This document shows, piece by piece, positions 42,559 through 56,194 of a DNA stretch of 64,000 nucleotides; positions within the stretch are counted from its first letter, which is position 1, and each line of letters begins with the position of its first letter. Origin of the DNA: Octopus vulgaris (taxonomy: Eukaryota); the NCBI GenBank assembly GCA_951406725.2, contig OX597817.1, forward strand, positions 60,884,001 to 60,948,000, given 5' to 3'. The notes beneath the pieces were generated by a model, which did no database searches, was not told the origin of the DNA, and saw only the letters and a program-made list of their open reading frames with translations. The translations under genes were made by a program, and so were the position numbers.

Positions 42559-42593
42559 GTTCTGTGGAAGAGCGAATGCTCGAAACGTAAAAG
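42559..42593 (+). ncRNA. hammerhead-like motif with variant core (CTGTGGA) in a repeat shared with 60170-60330
   Basis: tt CTGTGGA A GAGC-gaat-GCTC GAAA CGTA AAAG: perfect 4-bp stem II and palindromic ACGT. Confidence 0.45.
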
Positions 42594-43128
42594 ATTTCTT
42601 GGAATTTACCCGAGTGTAAACCTAACACACATCAGCTTTTTCATAATCTGCTATATACATATGCATATATATATATGTGTGCATATATATATGCATATAT
42701 ACGTGTGTGTGTGGGGGGGGTCTGTGTGTGCGTGAATGTGTGTATGTAAATGAAAATTTCGTCTGAAATGATCTTTTAAAACCTGATTTTCGATTTATTT
42801 TTTACTTATTCCAAATTGCAAATCAGTTAACAAGTAATTCAAAAGAAATAAAAAACAAAAAAGAAATCTCGAAATGAAAAGAAGTAAACCAAATACAAAA
42901 GTTTTGAATGAAATTCCTCATCTTCGCTGTTTGGAAAAATGGGAGCAAAGAAATATTTATGTAAATAATTTCGGCGCCTTTTTTACTTTTTTATTGTGTT
43001 CAATAGAGTAAGTCGGCCATCTTGACAGCTCAAACTACTTCTTCCATGACCGTAAATCTCTTTATGTAAAAATATATTCCAGTCCAGTGAAATATCATTT
43101 ATTACTAACTTTCTGCTCTAAATACCAC

Positions 43129-43181
<53 letters not shown>

Positions 43182-43717
43182 CCACCATCGTTATCATCAT
43201 AATCGTTATCGTCTTTGTCAGTATTATCATCGTCAACAACCAACCACTACAATCGCCATCATTATTACTAATGCAACCGTCTCCACCACCACCACCAACA
43301 AAAACAACAGCAACAACAACACTAGCACCCTGGCAAACAGAATGGATACCCAATCTGGTTTAAACCAGTTGGGTGAATAAGAAAATGAAATCTTGATAAT
43401 AGGAACAATTTCACTTCTATAAATATAAAAATATTTGCAGAAGCAAAGGACATCGTCAATTGAATCGATGGCATTCATATGATTGGCAGAGGGGGCGGTG
43501 ATCGGGGAGAAGGGTCACAGCGTCAAACAAGATAGATAGATAGACAGACAGATAGATAGATACATACGTACATACATAGGTAGATAGATAGACAAACAGA
43601 TAAATAAATAGAAAGGTAGATAGATAGACAGACAGAGAGACAGACAGACAAATAGATAGATAGACAGAGAGAGAGAGAGAGACAGAGACAGACAGACAGA
43701 AAGACAGACAGACAGGC

Positions 43718-43776
<59 letters not shown>

Positions 43777-44164
43777 GGATGGATGGATGGATGGACGGAT
43801 AGACATATATGGTGATGCACTCGGCATCGATGTCTGAAGCGAGGGTGAATAATGCGATGCAGTGATTTTTATAGCTTTTCTCAACGGTGTTCTTAACACT
43901 TAAAAATGGTGTTGCTGTGAATTAAATTATGTCTCAGAATTGAAACAGCGTTCCTGCTCAGTCTCACTGGGAGATTAGCTTTTGCTCGACACCATTCTTT
44001 ACATTTTACCATCTTCATCTTTTCTCTCTACCAATCTTTGTCTGTTCGTCGCTTTCTAAGCCTGTCTGTCTGTCTGTCTGTCTACCTGTGCATCTCCAAG
44101 AAAGAGTAAAAGCGCACTTCACTTCACCAATCAAGAAATAAAAACTGATCTTTATCGTTTCCCT

Positions 44165-44525
44165 CCTTTATTCAGAGGACCGCGGCCATGCTGAGGCACC
44201 GCCTTGAAGGGTTTAGGCAAACTAACCAACTCTAGTACTTACTTTTAAGTTTCGTACTTATTCTGTCGATCTCATTTCTTGACACGCTAGGTTGCGGGAA
44301 CGTAAAAAAAAACCTACATGGACGATGGTGGGAGACAAACACAAACACAAATATAAATATATACAATGGGCTTCCTTGTAGTTTCCGTCTATCACAGTCA
44401 CTCAAGTGGTATTGGCCAGTTCAAGGTTATAGAATGCATATATATAAGGTGCCACACAGTGGGGCTGAACCCGAAACCACATGGTTGCGAAGCGAGCCTC
44501 TTAAGCAAACAACCACGGCAGCCCC
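44165..44525 (-). mobile_element. SINE family A, diverged copy
   Basis: gcggccatgctga, gtttccgtctatc, aaggtgccacacagtggggctgaaccc. Confidence 0.75.
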
Positions 44526-45834
44526 TATGCTAATAAGAGATTTCTTCCAGCGTAATTATTGACATCTCTGTATGCAGGTATCCTCTCTTCCAATAAGGTT
44601 TGTGTTGTTCTTTTACGGATGTCATTAGGAAAGTAGCAACAGTTCGGAAAGCAGGGACCGCGTCGCGGTTTCATTCGCTCTGGTGAAGCTATGTCGGGTT
44701 CTCTCCGTTCGGTTGAAGACATTTCAGAACTAAAGGGATCGGCATATGGCAGTAAACATATTCTATTAATCTATTATCAGTTCCATTCATTCATCGGCTA
44801 TGGCCATGCTGGGGCACCACCATTAGCGTTAATGCTTATTTTAAACTCATTTTCTAGTATTGTCTCCAGATGCAGTCCTAGTGATATAGTGAGTTGGACC
44901 TAGCGTTTCTTGCCTTGATGTGATTTCATTTCGTATACCAGATAAAACATGTTCTAATTATTCTTTGAACACGTCCACATCTACATCTCGTAAGTCTCTG
45001 AGGCCTTTTAGCAAAGTAAAGAAAAGTTGCGGGCCTTTGAAGCCTAAGCAGTTACAGTATTGAGTCCTTACTCTTCACTGTGACCTTGGGACCCTTCGAA
45101 CTGCGCAGTGGCGCCCAGCCCAGTGAATGGCATCAGCTTTCAATTCCAGAGTTATGAGCTTAGACATTCCAGGATCTTACACACACACACACACACACAT
45201 CTTTCGCGTCTTCTCTCGGGAGAGTAGAGTTTCACCCCTTTTAGCCACTCATCTGTCGTACTGAGTCAACCTTTGTGCAGTGGATTTGATGATTTATGGC
45301 GGTCAGGTTTCGGAGCAAATAATTTAGGCGATTGAGAATAAAATGTTCTATAGATTAAGGCCTTATTAAGGTAAATAGTAAAATCGCAAGGGTCAAGCAG
45401 CAACCGGACGGCGATTCGTTTACACGTCACTGTCAAAGTGTTGTGTCTATGATGAAAATATTTAATTCCCTTCAGGCAATTCTAAAAGCGATTTTTAAAA
45501 AGATTGATTATTTTAGCTAATGAAAAGAAAGGCACCAATGTCACAACTGTTCTCATTTTCTCTAAATATTTCAAGACTTTATGGAAACTTGGGGATCCAT
45601 CGAAATGTTTTTTTTTTCATAGTTGTCTCCACTTGGCTCTTTATATTCACATTTGTTATCTCTGCACATAGGTAGATAGATAGACAAACAGATAACAGGG
45701 GTTATCAGAGGCTGATCTCTAGTAATGGAGATAAATAAGTAAATAAAAGTAAACCTTTTTATCAATCTTTCTTCTTATTTATAATTGCATCTCTTGCGGT
45801 TATGGCTCTGGAAGTGACATTTAATAAAAATGTA

Positions 45835-45897
<63 letters not shown>

Positions 45898-45915
45898 AGA
45901 GAGAGAGAGAGAGAG

Positions 45916-45964
<49 letters not shown>

Positions 45965-45969
45965 TACAT

Positions 45970-46190
45970 GTATTTGTGTGTCTGTGTTTGCCCTCCCGTC
46001 ATCACGTGACAACGGACTTTGGTGTGTTTACGTCCCAGTAACTTAGCGGTTCGTGAAAAGGGACCGATAAAATAGGGTCTAGGCTTACAAAAAATAAGTC
46101 CTTGGGTCGATTTCTTTGACTAACACCCTTTAAGGCGGAGCTCCAGCAGGGTCGCAGTCGAATGACTGAAACAAGTAAACGAATAAAAGA
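45970..46190 (+). mobile_element. SINE family A 3' half
   Basis: ggtgtgtttacgtccc, taacttagcggttcg, gactgaaacaagtaaa. Confidence 0.8.
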
Positions 46191-47280
46191 ATATATGTGT
46201 GTGTGTGTGTGTTTTGTACGGTATTCGATATACCTGTATGTATCTATGCTGTTCAAATACAGGCCACAGGTGACTTTGTGTTATTTCACTTATCTCATTT
46301 TGTTTAAATCTTGTGAGGCTATAAATCTGTTCTCTTGTTTGTATAAGCAGAAGTCCTTTGGCTACTGCAGATAAGGAAGACACTTAACAACTGAGCCAAA
46401 AACACGTCCTCAATTGTTCATTTATAGTCAGACAATAAACCTCTCCTTTTCTTGAATGGCATGACTTCTGTGGAGACTTCATGATTCTTGAGGTTATTTC
46501 CCACTCCCGAGTAGGTCTGGTCTTAACTTACATTTACTAATTTTGACACATCTCTTAAAGGTGGAAATAATTTTAATAAATCAATACTTTATGTAGTATG
46601 GTCTTTGATATACCTGTGTTTGTCTGTGTCGTATGTATGCCACTAGCCACACAGGGTTATTTCTCTGAGGTCATTTTTGTTGAAATTGTCTCAATAACTT
46701 TGGCCCCACCATCACTATCACAACCGTCCTCTACATAGTTCGGCTGCTTGTAAACGTTTATAGGTACCCTCCCCAACACAATTTTTTCCCCATCCACAGA
46801 CCATCTACAAAATCAAGGACTGTCTCGTAAGTAAGACAGCTTCTTGTGAAGTTTCTATCGAGGAAACTGACAGAGTTATTATGGTAAACTTGTTTGTATC
46901 AAAACATAATGTAAGCCAAACGTTTATCTTTAAATACACTCATAATAGAAGGGTCGAGGCCTTCTTTCTTATCTTTACAACGACTTATACATACGCACAC
47001 ACGCACACACACATACACACACTCACACACACACACACACACACACATAGAGGCGCACGTACGCGCGCACACACATATCTCTGTTATCTAATCTGTGACT
47101 GTTGACAACTTATTTCTCCTACCAACGGTTTCAATTGTATATACTAAGTTTAAATAAAATATTCTCTCTTTCTCTTTCTTTCTCTTTTCTCTCTCTCTCT
47201 CTACGCACATGTATATCTGTGTTTATTATATGTATGTGTATGCTCCTGCTCGTGTGCATACATACAGAAATAAGTAACTG

Positions 47281-47327
<47 letters not shown>

Positions 47328-47515
47328 GTTGAGCATGAATATACACAAGCTAAGTAACAATAGCCATAAAGATACTTACGCCATACAGTGTCACATGCAT
47401 ACACACACACACACACGTGTATATAGAAGGCAGCCGAAATCGAAACGGCATCTCTGTCACAACGTCACATCTTTAATTTTATTTATAACGTTTTAACTTT
47501 CACGTTACAGGTCTT

Positions 47516-47547
<32 letters not shown>

Positions 47548-47591
47548 TTTCTTCGACTTGTGCTCTTCTCGTCCCTGTTGCTATGTGTATG

Positions 47592-47629
<38 letters not shown>

Positions 47630-47792
47630 AACACGTATATATATATGTCAAGATTAATCAGCCGAAATTACTACGATGATCCGGTTCTTGACTGAAGACT
47701 GAGGGTTTCGAATGTCCTGTCCGTGTTTATTGTGTCGTCTTCTAAGAGTTATACGTTCTTGTCCATGTTGTATTTTTCTACATACCTTAACT

Positions 47793-47833
<41 letters not shown>

Positions 47834-48778
47834 CGATGACTTTTCTATTCGCCCGCCCCGCCTCCCCGTCCTTGCTGATCTCCGAGTCGCTCCCTTCCTT
47901 TATCTTGAAACCTATCTCGCTCAGTCTCTCGGCTACCGAGCACCAGATCCATTCAGTGCACAACCCCATTGTAATTCAGTAAATCTGCCGAGGGAGTGCG
48001 GATTGGGGGGGGGGGCTGCGGCGGCACCTCGCCCTCTCGTCCCGTTACTACCTCCTCCCAACTCACACTGCCACTTCTCTCCATTCTGACCCCCACCCCA
48101 CCCCGCTCCGCCCTCGCCCCGCCACTACCCTTAGCGATTTGTTGTGTTAGGAAAGTAATACAGGCACAAACACACATAGACAACCAGAGGCACTCGCACA
48201 CGCCCAGGCGCTTAGATGCATATATGCAAAGCATGAATGTATGAGTGAGGCTATATAAATAGATATGTGTTCCTCTAACGTTTTTCTCATACACACACGC
48301 GCACGCGCACGCAAGCAAAATCAATTTAGAAGCGATACATTTATATTATATATACATACATACATACATATATATATATATGTGCATATATATATTATAT
48401 ACTTGCGTATGTGTGTGTGAGTGTATTATGTACCTAATCTTTGTATTTGAGTCGGATGAGATGAGGGAGAGGAAAGAGGTGAGGGAGGTCAGGATGTACC
48501 CAGATAAAAGAAAAGAAAGGGCGGGTACGTAGTTGGTGAGGCGGTGGTAGAGACCTGTGCTTATCATGGCGGTGACAGTAGTCGTAATGATGGCAGCGGC
48601 GGTGGTGGTGGTGGTGGTTGCCGCCACAATGAAAGCTGCGATGGTGGTGGCGGCAGTGAGGTTGGTGGTGGAAATTACTAGTTTGTTTTAATATTTATAA
48701 GAGAATTTTAAATTCCTATGTGTGTGTACACATTAAAATATACACACACTAGGACATGTGTTAATGTGATTCTAAATC

Positions 48779-48824
48779 ACAACTGTCCGACGAACGAGAA
48801 CGTGAAACTCTGAGTAGCAGTTGT
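48779..48824 (+). ncRNA. compact type I hammerhead with U4->C variant core (CCGACGA)
   Basis: Stem I ACAACTGT/GCAGTTGT (8 bp, one GU pair), CCGACGA, stem II ACG-agaa-CGT, GAAA, stem III ACTC-T-GAGT, GTA triplet ending at 48816. Confidence 0.65.
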
Positions 48825-48856
48825 TTGAGAAGTTTTTTCAGTTTTAATAATAAAAT

Positions 48857-48923
<67 letters not shown>

Positions 48924-49061
48924 ACAGGAACTTAGTTTGATTTGAAAACCCCACTAGAATGGGAGAAAGCGCTAATGATCTAAGTGATATGATATATATG
49001 ATATAAGTGATATGAGATATATATAAAAAATGTAATATACAAATAAATATCTGTAAATATA

Positions 49062-49128
49062 AACCATCCGATTTTCTGAGTACCTCATTTCTTCTAATAT
49101 ATAATACCTGTACATCATCTCCAAACCT

Positions 49129-49165
<37 letters not shown>

Positions 49166-49195
49166 GAAATGAGGTAATCAGAAGATCGGATGGTT
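49062..49195. repeat. inverted repeat, about 42-bp arms with 2 mismatches, enclosing a (TA)n tract
   Basis: aaccatccgattttctgagtacctcatttcttctaatata / tatattagaagaaatgaggtaatcagaagatcggatggtt. Confidence 0.9.
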
Positions 49196-49330
49196 CATAT
49201 ATATATATATATATATAAAATTAATTAAGGGTAGAAATTGATATTTATCAATTAAGACCAGTGGTCTAGCATATTAAAAAAGAATCCGAAGATTAAAATA
49301 TTTATATATACCAATTAAGGACTGAACACG

Positions 49331-49483
49331 AAAAGTGGACAGTCATCATGCTAGATATAGACGTCAAATCGTCATTCACCACAAAAGATTATGTTCTCAG
49401 ATCAAACTTGAGTTTGATCTGAGAACATAATCTTTTGTGGTGAATGACGATTTGACGTCTATATCTAGCATGTTGACTGTCCA

Positions 49484-49488
<5 letters not shown>
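49331..49488. repeat. 158-bp palindrome: 78-bp arms, 2-nt loop, single mismatch
   Basis: Arms 49331-49408 and 49411-49488; T:T mismatch at 49346/49473; followed directly by (TA)n. Confidence 0.95.
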
Positions 49489-49529
<41 letters not shown>

Positions 49530-49786
49530 CACACACACTCGTATATATATTTGAGTGTATGCTGTGTATTTCTGTATGTATTGTGTATATATTATATACA
49601 GAGAAAAGAGACAGGCCGACAAACTTTATACACACACACACACACACGTGTGTGCGTTTGTATAAGGCAATGACCACAAAAAAGAAGGCAACAAGAGAAG
49701 ACAATTTTTAAGAAATATGTTGTATAAGATATATATGTGTATATAGGAAATGTATATATAAATACATGTATAATATGTATACATGT

Positions 49787-49817
<31 letters not shown>

Positions 49818-50412
49818 GATAGATGTATGTATATATGCATTTACGCGAACGTGTGTTATATGAGACGACGATTGTACAAGTTACTCAAGAGCCTGGACTT
49901 TCGTGGTAAAGCGCTTTCCAAACCGTCTTGCTCACACACGTATAAATATCGGCAAGTAAATAAGATACGCCAGTGTATGAGCGTGAGATCTACTTCTTAG
50001 GCAGTGTATGCGCACATTATCCCCTCAAACAAGCAGCCAGCTTCTCTCAGCCTCCAGCATCCTACATCAAGTCGCATCTGTTGGACGCTGAGTAGGTGGA
50101 AGAGGAAGGAGGGGGGTGACATTATCGTCTGCGCGTGATGTGGTTTAGTTGTGAGAGCAACAGATCCGGTATTTCACTACAGGACGAACGAGCTATAAAA
50201 GAAGAGTTGGAAGGCGAACATCAAAGTTGAAATGTTGTATAAAATAATAAGAATGCGTAGGAAAGAAAAGTAAAAGATGGTCTTTGAAATACGCCTTTTC
50301 ATTGCACACACACGCACACACACACATATATATATATATGTTGTTTTCTGTTTTTTTTTCTGTCCTACCTTTGATTTATATTCATATCTATCTATCTATC
50401 TACCTACCTATC

Positions 50413-50487
<75 letters not shown>

Positions 50488-50502
50488 ATCTATCTATCTA
50501 TC

Positions 50503-50554
<52 letters not shown>

Positions 50555-50589
50555 ACATCTATCTATCTCTCTTTCTCTCTCTCTCTCTA

Positions 50590-50623
<34 letters not shown>

Positions 50624-50854
50624 CATACACATTCTTTATCAGTTTATATATTTGTCTATATTTATATATACATACACACACACACACACACACATCTCCC
50701 CCTGTTAGCGTGGAGGTTTGGAAAAAAAGTGTACAAGATATAATAGTTGAGTTTAATATTTTATTTTAATGGAGTCAGTCTGTTGCAAGAGACTATTAAT
50801 TACACACTGTTAAGTGTGTGTGCGTGTGTGCTATGCATGTATATGTATATATAT

Positions 50855-50947
<93 letters not shown>

Positions 50948-51205
50948 CATAGGTACACAAATACGCACAACATTTATATATACCTAAGCGCCCCCCCCCC
51001 CACACACACACATTCAAAGCGACGATGGCGAAGAAAGACAAAGAGAGCCGCAAAATATCGATGTATTCCCATGAATATGTTTTGATCATGAATTCTTTTT
51101 AAATAAGCAAATTATGCAAATTAAATTAGAGAGTTCCAGCTGTTGTAGTTATTTTATCCAGCTAATTACTTTCCTCAATTTTCCTCTATAGGAACATTAT
51201 TTACC

Positions 51206-51615
51206 TTACTCTTTTACTCTTTTACTCTTTTACTTGTTTCAGTCATTTGACTGCGGCCATGCTGGAGCACCGCCTTTAGTCGAGCAAATCGACCCCAGGA
51301 CTTATTCTTTGTAAGCCTAGTACTTATTCTATCGGTCTCTTTTGCCGAACCGCTAAGTTACGGAGGACATAAACACACCAGCATCGGTTGTCAAGCAATG
51401 CTAGGGGGACAAACACAGATACACACACATACATATATATACATATATACGACGGGCTTCTTTCAGTTTCCGTCTACCAAATCCACTCACAAGGCTTTGG
51501 TCAGCCCGAGGCTATAGTAGAAGATACTTGCCCAAGATGCCACGCAGTGGGACTGAACCCGGAACCATGTGGCTGGTAAGCAAACTACTTACCACACAGC
51601 CACTCCTGCGCCTAT
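51206..51615 (-). mobile_element. SINE family A, full-length young-looking copy with (GAGTAAAA)n tail
   Basis: Complete head, internal CA/TA repeat and tandem tail; used as the reference for the other copies. Confidence 0.92.
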
Positions 51616-51718
51616 ACCTTGCAGTATTTCTGCTTAAATTTCATGAACACCCCATTCGTTCATAGGTACATTAATCTATATCACCCTCCTCTAATCGATA
51701 AGTATTCCTTTCTACTAA

Positions 51719-51881
51719 AGGCACAGGAGTGGCTGTGTGGTAAGTAGCTTGTTTACCAACCACATGCTTCTGGGTTCAGTCCCACTGCGTGGCACCTTGG
51801 GCAAGTGTCTTTTACTATAGCCGCGGGCCGACCAAAGCCTTGTGAGTGGATTTGGTCGACGGAAACTGAAAGAAGCCTGTC

Positions 51882-51885
<4 letters not shown>
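51719..51885 (+). mobile_element. SINE family A 5' half, inverted relative to 51206-51615
   Basis: ggcacaggagtggctgtgtggtaag...gacggaaactgaaagaagcctgtcgtata. Confidence 0.9.
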
Positions 51886-51979
<94 letters not shown>

Positions 51980-52076
51980 GCGTGTTTGTGTGTCAATGTT
52001 TAAATGCTACCCAGAGCCAATTTCAGCCTTCTGGCTGGATAGAAAAGAGGACGTGAAAATAGACAGAGAGACAGAC

Positions 52077-52151
<75 letters not shown>

Positions 52152-52492
52152 CAGATAGATAGACAGATAGATAGACAGATCAATCGATCGATCGATAGAT
52201 AGATAGATAAACAAGAGAATGGATATGTGGATATCAGGCTTTAATAATCGATGACAACATTTGTTTATGCATCGCAGACCAGCGTTAAGTTCCTGAGTTT
52301 ATAACTTTGATAGGTTTCGGCCAGTATAGGCCCAGGCCATATCTAAATAGTACCACCTGGTGAAGTCTTTTAGTCATATATGGGGCACCACAGCCCATTG
52401 CATGTTACGAGGTTTTTGCCCGAATTATATCGAGCACATACGCACACAGTTATATATGATATATACATGTGTATATATACACATACACACAT

Positions 52493-52529
<37 letters not shown>

Positions 52530-52919
52530 CACACATATGTGTATGCATGTGTGTATAGAAAAAAAAAGTTAAAAATAGTTAAGTTAAAATAGCGAATAGG
52601 ATTTTCAGCAAGTTCGGACATCCCATCTTGCACAACCTCACAAGCGGTATGAGAGAAATTTAACTGCTGTTTCTAGCGAGTTCGTTAGCTGACCACATAC
52701 AATTCCTCTATATCCCCTTTATGACACCGGATGTATCTAGCCGAACCCTCATTTTTAACTTTTCTTTTTCTTTTCTATGACAATAAAATCGTTTCTTAAG
52801 AAAAAACCCACAGAAGCGAGAAACCTAACAAAGTTCTTTATCTACGTATATATGGATGTCATTAATAAATAAAAAAAAAATATATGGATGTCATTTGAAG
52901 GAGCGTTTTCGTTCTCTCA

Positions 52920-52969
<50 letters not shown>

Positions 52970-53639
52970 AACAACAACAACTACTACTACTGTTGTTGTT
53001 GTTGTATCGGGTGCATTTTTCCCTACCACCGTCCATGCCGACAATGACTGTCGAGTGTATGGCTTATTGGATGCGTGTGTATATAAAAGAAAATATATAT
53101 ATACACACACACATACACACACGTGCGCGCGTGCGCATATGTGTAGATGTGTGTGTATACCCATTGCTATAATTTGAATTTTGTCTTTCAGACAGTAGTA
53201 GTAGTAGGAGGAGGAGGAGGAGGAGGAGGTGGAGGAAAGTGGTGGTGGTGGTGGCGAGATGGTATTTGTTTTTTCAACTTGTGTCTCTGTGTCTGGGACA
53301 ACATAGCATGAACTACAAAACGAGGCCCAACTCTATCTCTCTCTCTCGGCGGGACTTCGAAACTCTCTCTCACACACACTCGCACTCGTACATGACATGT
53401 CAAACGTACAAAAATAAAGAAATAAAATAGAAATAGTACGATGGAAAACAAAAACATATATATATATATATACATGAGTTCATACATACATACATATATG
53501 CATAGCATTGACTGTCAACCTTCTATTCTCGCTGTATATACATATACGCACTCAGTCACACACACACATGTACATTCACATATATATGTATATAAAGATG
53601 TGTGCGTGTGTCTAAGCGCGGGAATGTAGACATGCGTGA

Positions 53640-53727
<88 letters not shown>

Positions 53728-53929
53728 CAAAAGTAGGTATACAGTTATGAAATTTAAAAAAAAAACACGTACAATATTAATTCATTTTTATCCCCAAAAT
53801 TATAAGTTATGATAAAAGTATTATTATGATTAATGACATTGAAAATGTCAAAAGTCAGGATAGCTAATTTAATGTGTTAATAAATATTAATGAATTAAGC
53901 ATTATGACATTAATGTATACTTACTTTTG

Positions 53930-53975
<46 letters not shown>

Positions 53976-54764
53976 CATATAATGAAAAGAAGAGAAAGAA
54001 TTCTTTAACGCTTCTTTAATTATAGTTACAGATGATTCCGTACCATCTCCTTTTGCAACGCCAGTTAACGCGAAAATTCTAACAGAAAACCCTGTAATAT
54101 TTGCGGTTTTAGACATTGGGGAGGCGACTGCTCAGATTTGCATCAAAGGCGTGCTTATGACATTGTCCGTTTTTCAGTCCTTGTTTTTAGGAAAATATCG
54201 GGAGGATATAAAAATAATTGAAAATGAAAAGTGTGTATGCGGGATGAGTATGGTGGTGGTGGTGGGGGGGTAATACATGGGGTGGGGGTGAAAGTCAAGA
54301 GGGTGGATACGTATAATGATCGGAGGTAGAAAGGGGAAGGAGTGGGGTGGGGAATGAATAGAAAAAGACGAATATATAATGGATAGAATTCATTTGTTTT
54401 AGGCCTGCAACTGTTTCGGATACACATTTAAGTGAGTTCATGGTTCAATTTTATCAATCGATCGATTGATCGACTGAAAATACAGGGAGCCACCCTCACA
54501 ATATATTGGTCAGAGCCCAACACTGGGGCTTTCCACAGATTTCGCATAAGACGTATGCCTGATTGAAGAATTTCACGTTTTCCCGCTTTATTTCTAGCCC
54601 CCTGGTTGGTTAGCAAGCTACTTACCACACAGCCACTCCTGCACCTATAATTTGGATAATTTTTCTTTCCTAACGGAAAATTTTCATAGACTGGAATTTA
54701 AATACTAATCTTTATAGAAATTTATTGCTTCAAGAAAACCTTGAATTTGAATAACTTTTAATCT

Positions 54765-55059
54765 TTACTATTAGAGATAACAGCTCGGGCTGTAACTTCT
54801 GAGCCCGAGGCAGGCGCGTGTGAACGATGTCGAGAGAACGTCTGTTGCAAACGATATTTTTTGACACAGGGCAGGTCTAAGACGACCACCGGACGCTGAA
54901 CGAAAATAAATAAACTGCGACCAGGAGCCCGAGTTATTGGCTGCAATTACTTACTTGAAGTTGGTGTTAGCAGAAATTAAATCAGCTTGCAAATACACGT
55001 TCACTTTACTAAATTTATACTTGGGCTAAGCCCGAACAGCCCGAGTGCCGGAGACGGCA

Positions 55060-55061
<2 letters not shown>
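54765..55061 (+). mobile_element. non-autonomous DNA element with subterminal inverted repeat and 3' hairpin (HINE/DINE-1-like or hAT-type MITE)
   Basis: CTCGGGCTGT (54784-54793) versus ACAGCCCGAG (55036-55045); 5' stem-loop at 54784-54809; 3' hairpin AGTGCCG-gaga-CGGCACT. Confidence 0.5.
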
Positions 55062-55134
<73 letters not shown>

Positions 55135-56147
55135 GTATTTCATTGGAAACAGACGTTAAATCATGATGAGGATGATGTATGTGTATTTGTGAACATAAGG
55201 GACAGCTTTTCCTTCAATGTATACGTATATATGTATAGGTGTTTATATATACTAATATAGTACCCGTCGCAAACAGCTAGAGGCATTTGTGTATCGACTG
55301 AATTGATGCCAGTATGATATATGTGTAACCGTAAAATACAGACTCTGATTTTTGCAGGTATAAGGAGAAATGCTGAACGTGCTAATCTAACAGTAGAAGT
55401 AATAATAATTAGATAATACAGAAAGAAATTAAGAAATCGGGAATATTGCTGTTTATTTAAGGTGGAGGGGGATCAGATTGTAATGTTATCTCTGTACAAT
55501 CTAATTTGTCCATTCTTCTTGCACTTTTCCCAGTCTCTATGCCTGTCTACTTAGTGGTAATAATTATAGTTGTATCAACTGACAGACTTTATACTAATAT
55601 CGTCTTTGAAAATATTTACTGAAAAGAAGATTGTCAAGCTCACTGCATTGCAGCATTTGTCAGTGTGAGGTCTTCTGTGTATTTTTGTAAGTATGCGTGT
55701 GTATGTATATATTTATATATGTGTGTGTATGCATATGTGTGTGCGACAATCATAAAGCATAGCATTAACAATCAAAATAACATAGTGGGTGTATATGTGT
55801 GTGTATGTATACACACGGACTCATACATAGAAAAATACATACACATGCGTATAAATATATTTCACATATAGTTATTATATATTAGGTATGAATTCAGCGT
55901 TGCGTAAAAGGCAATAGAGGGCGAAAGTAAGCGCAGAGTCAAACAATAGGTTAAGGTGGACCCCCCCCCACCAAAAAAAACAACAACCCAAAACAAGAGC
56001 AAGAGTATCGCTTGATCATCTGTTGACTGATGTTTCAGTTTCCGTGCATTAAAAGCCAGATTGTTCGCTACAGTGTGCCAGGATATTTTTTTTACATGAA
56101 TCCACTGGGCACGCTGAAGCTTTTTCTTCTTTGTGCTAAATCTCTCT

Positions 56148-56194
<47 letters not shown>

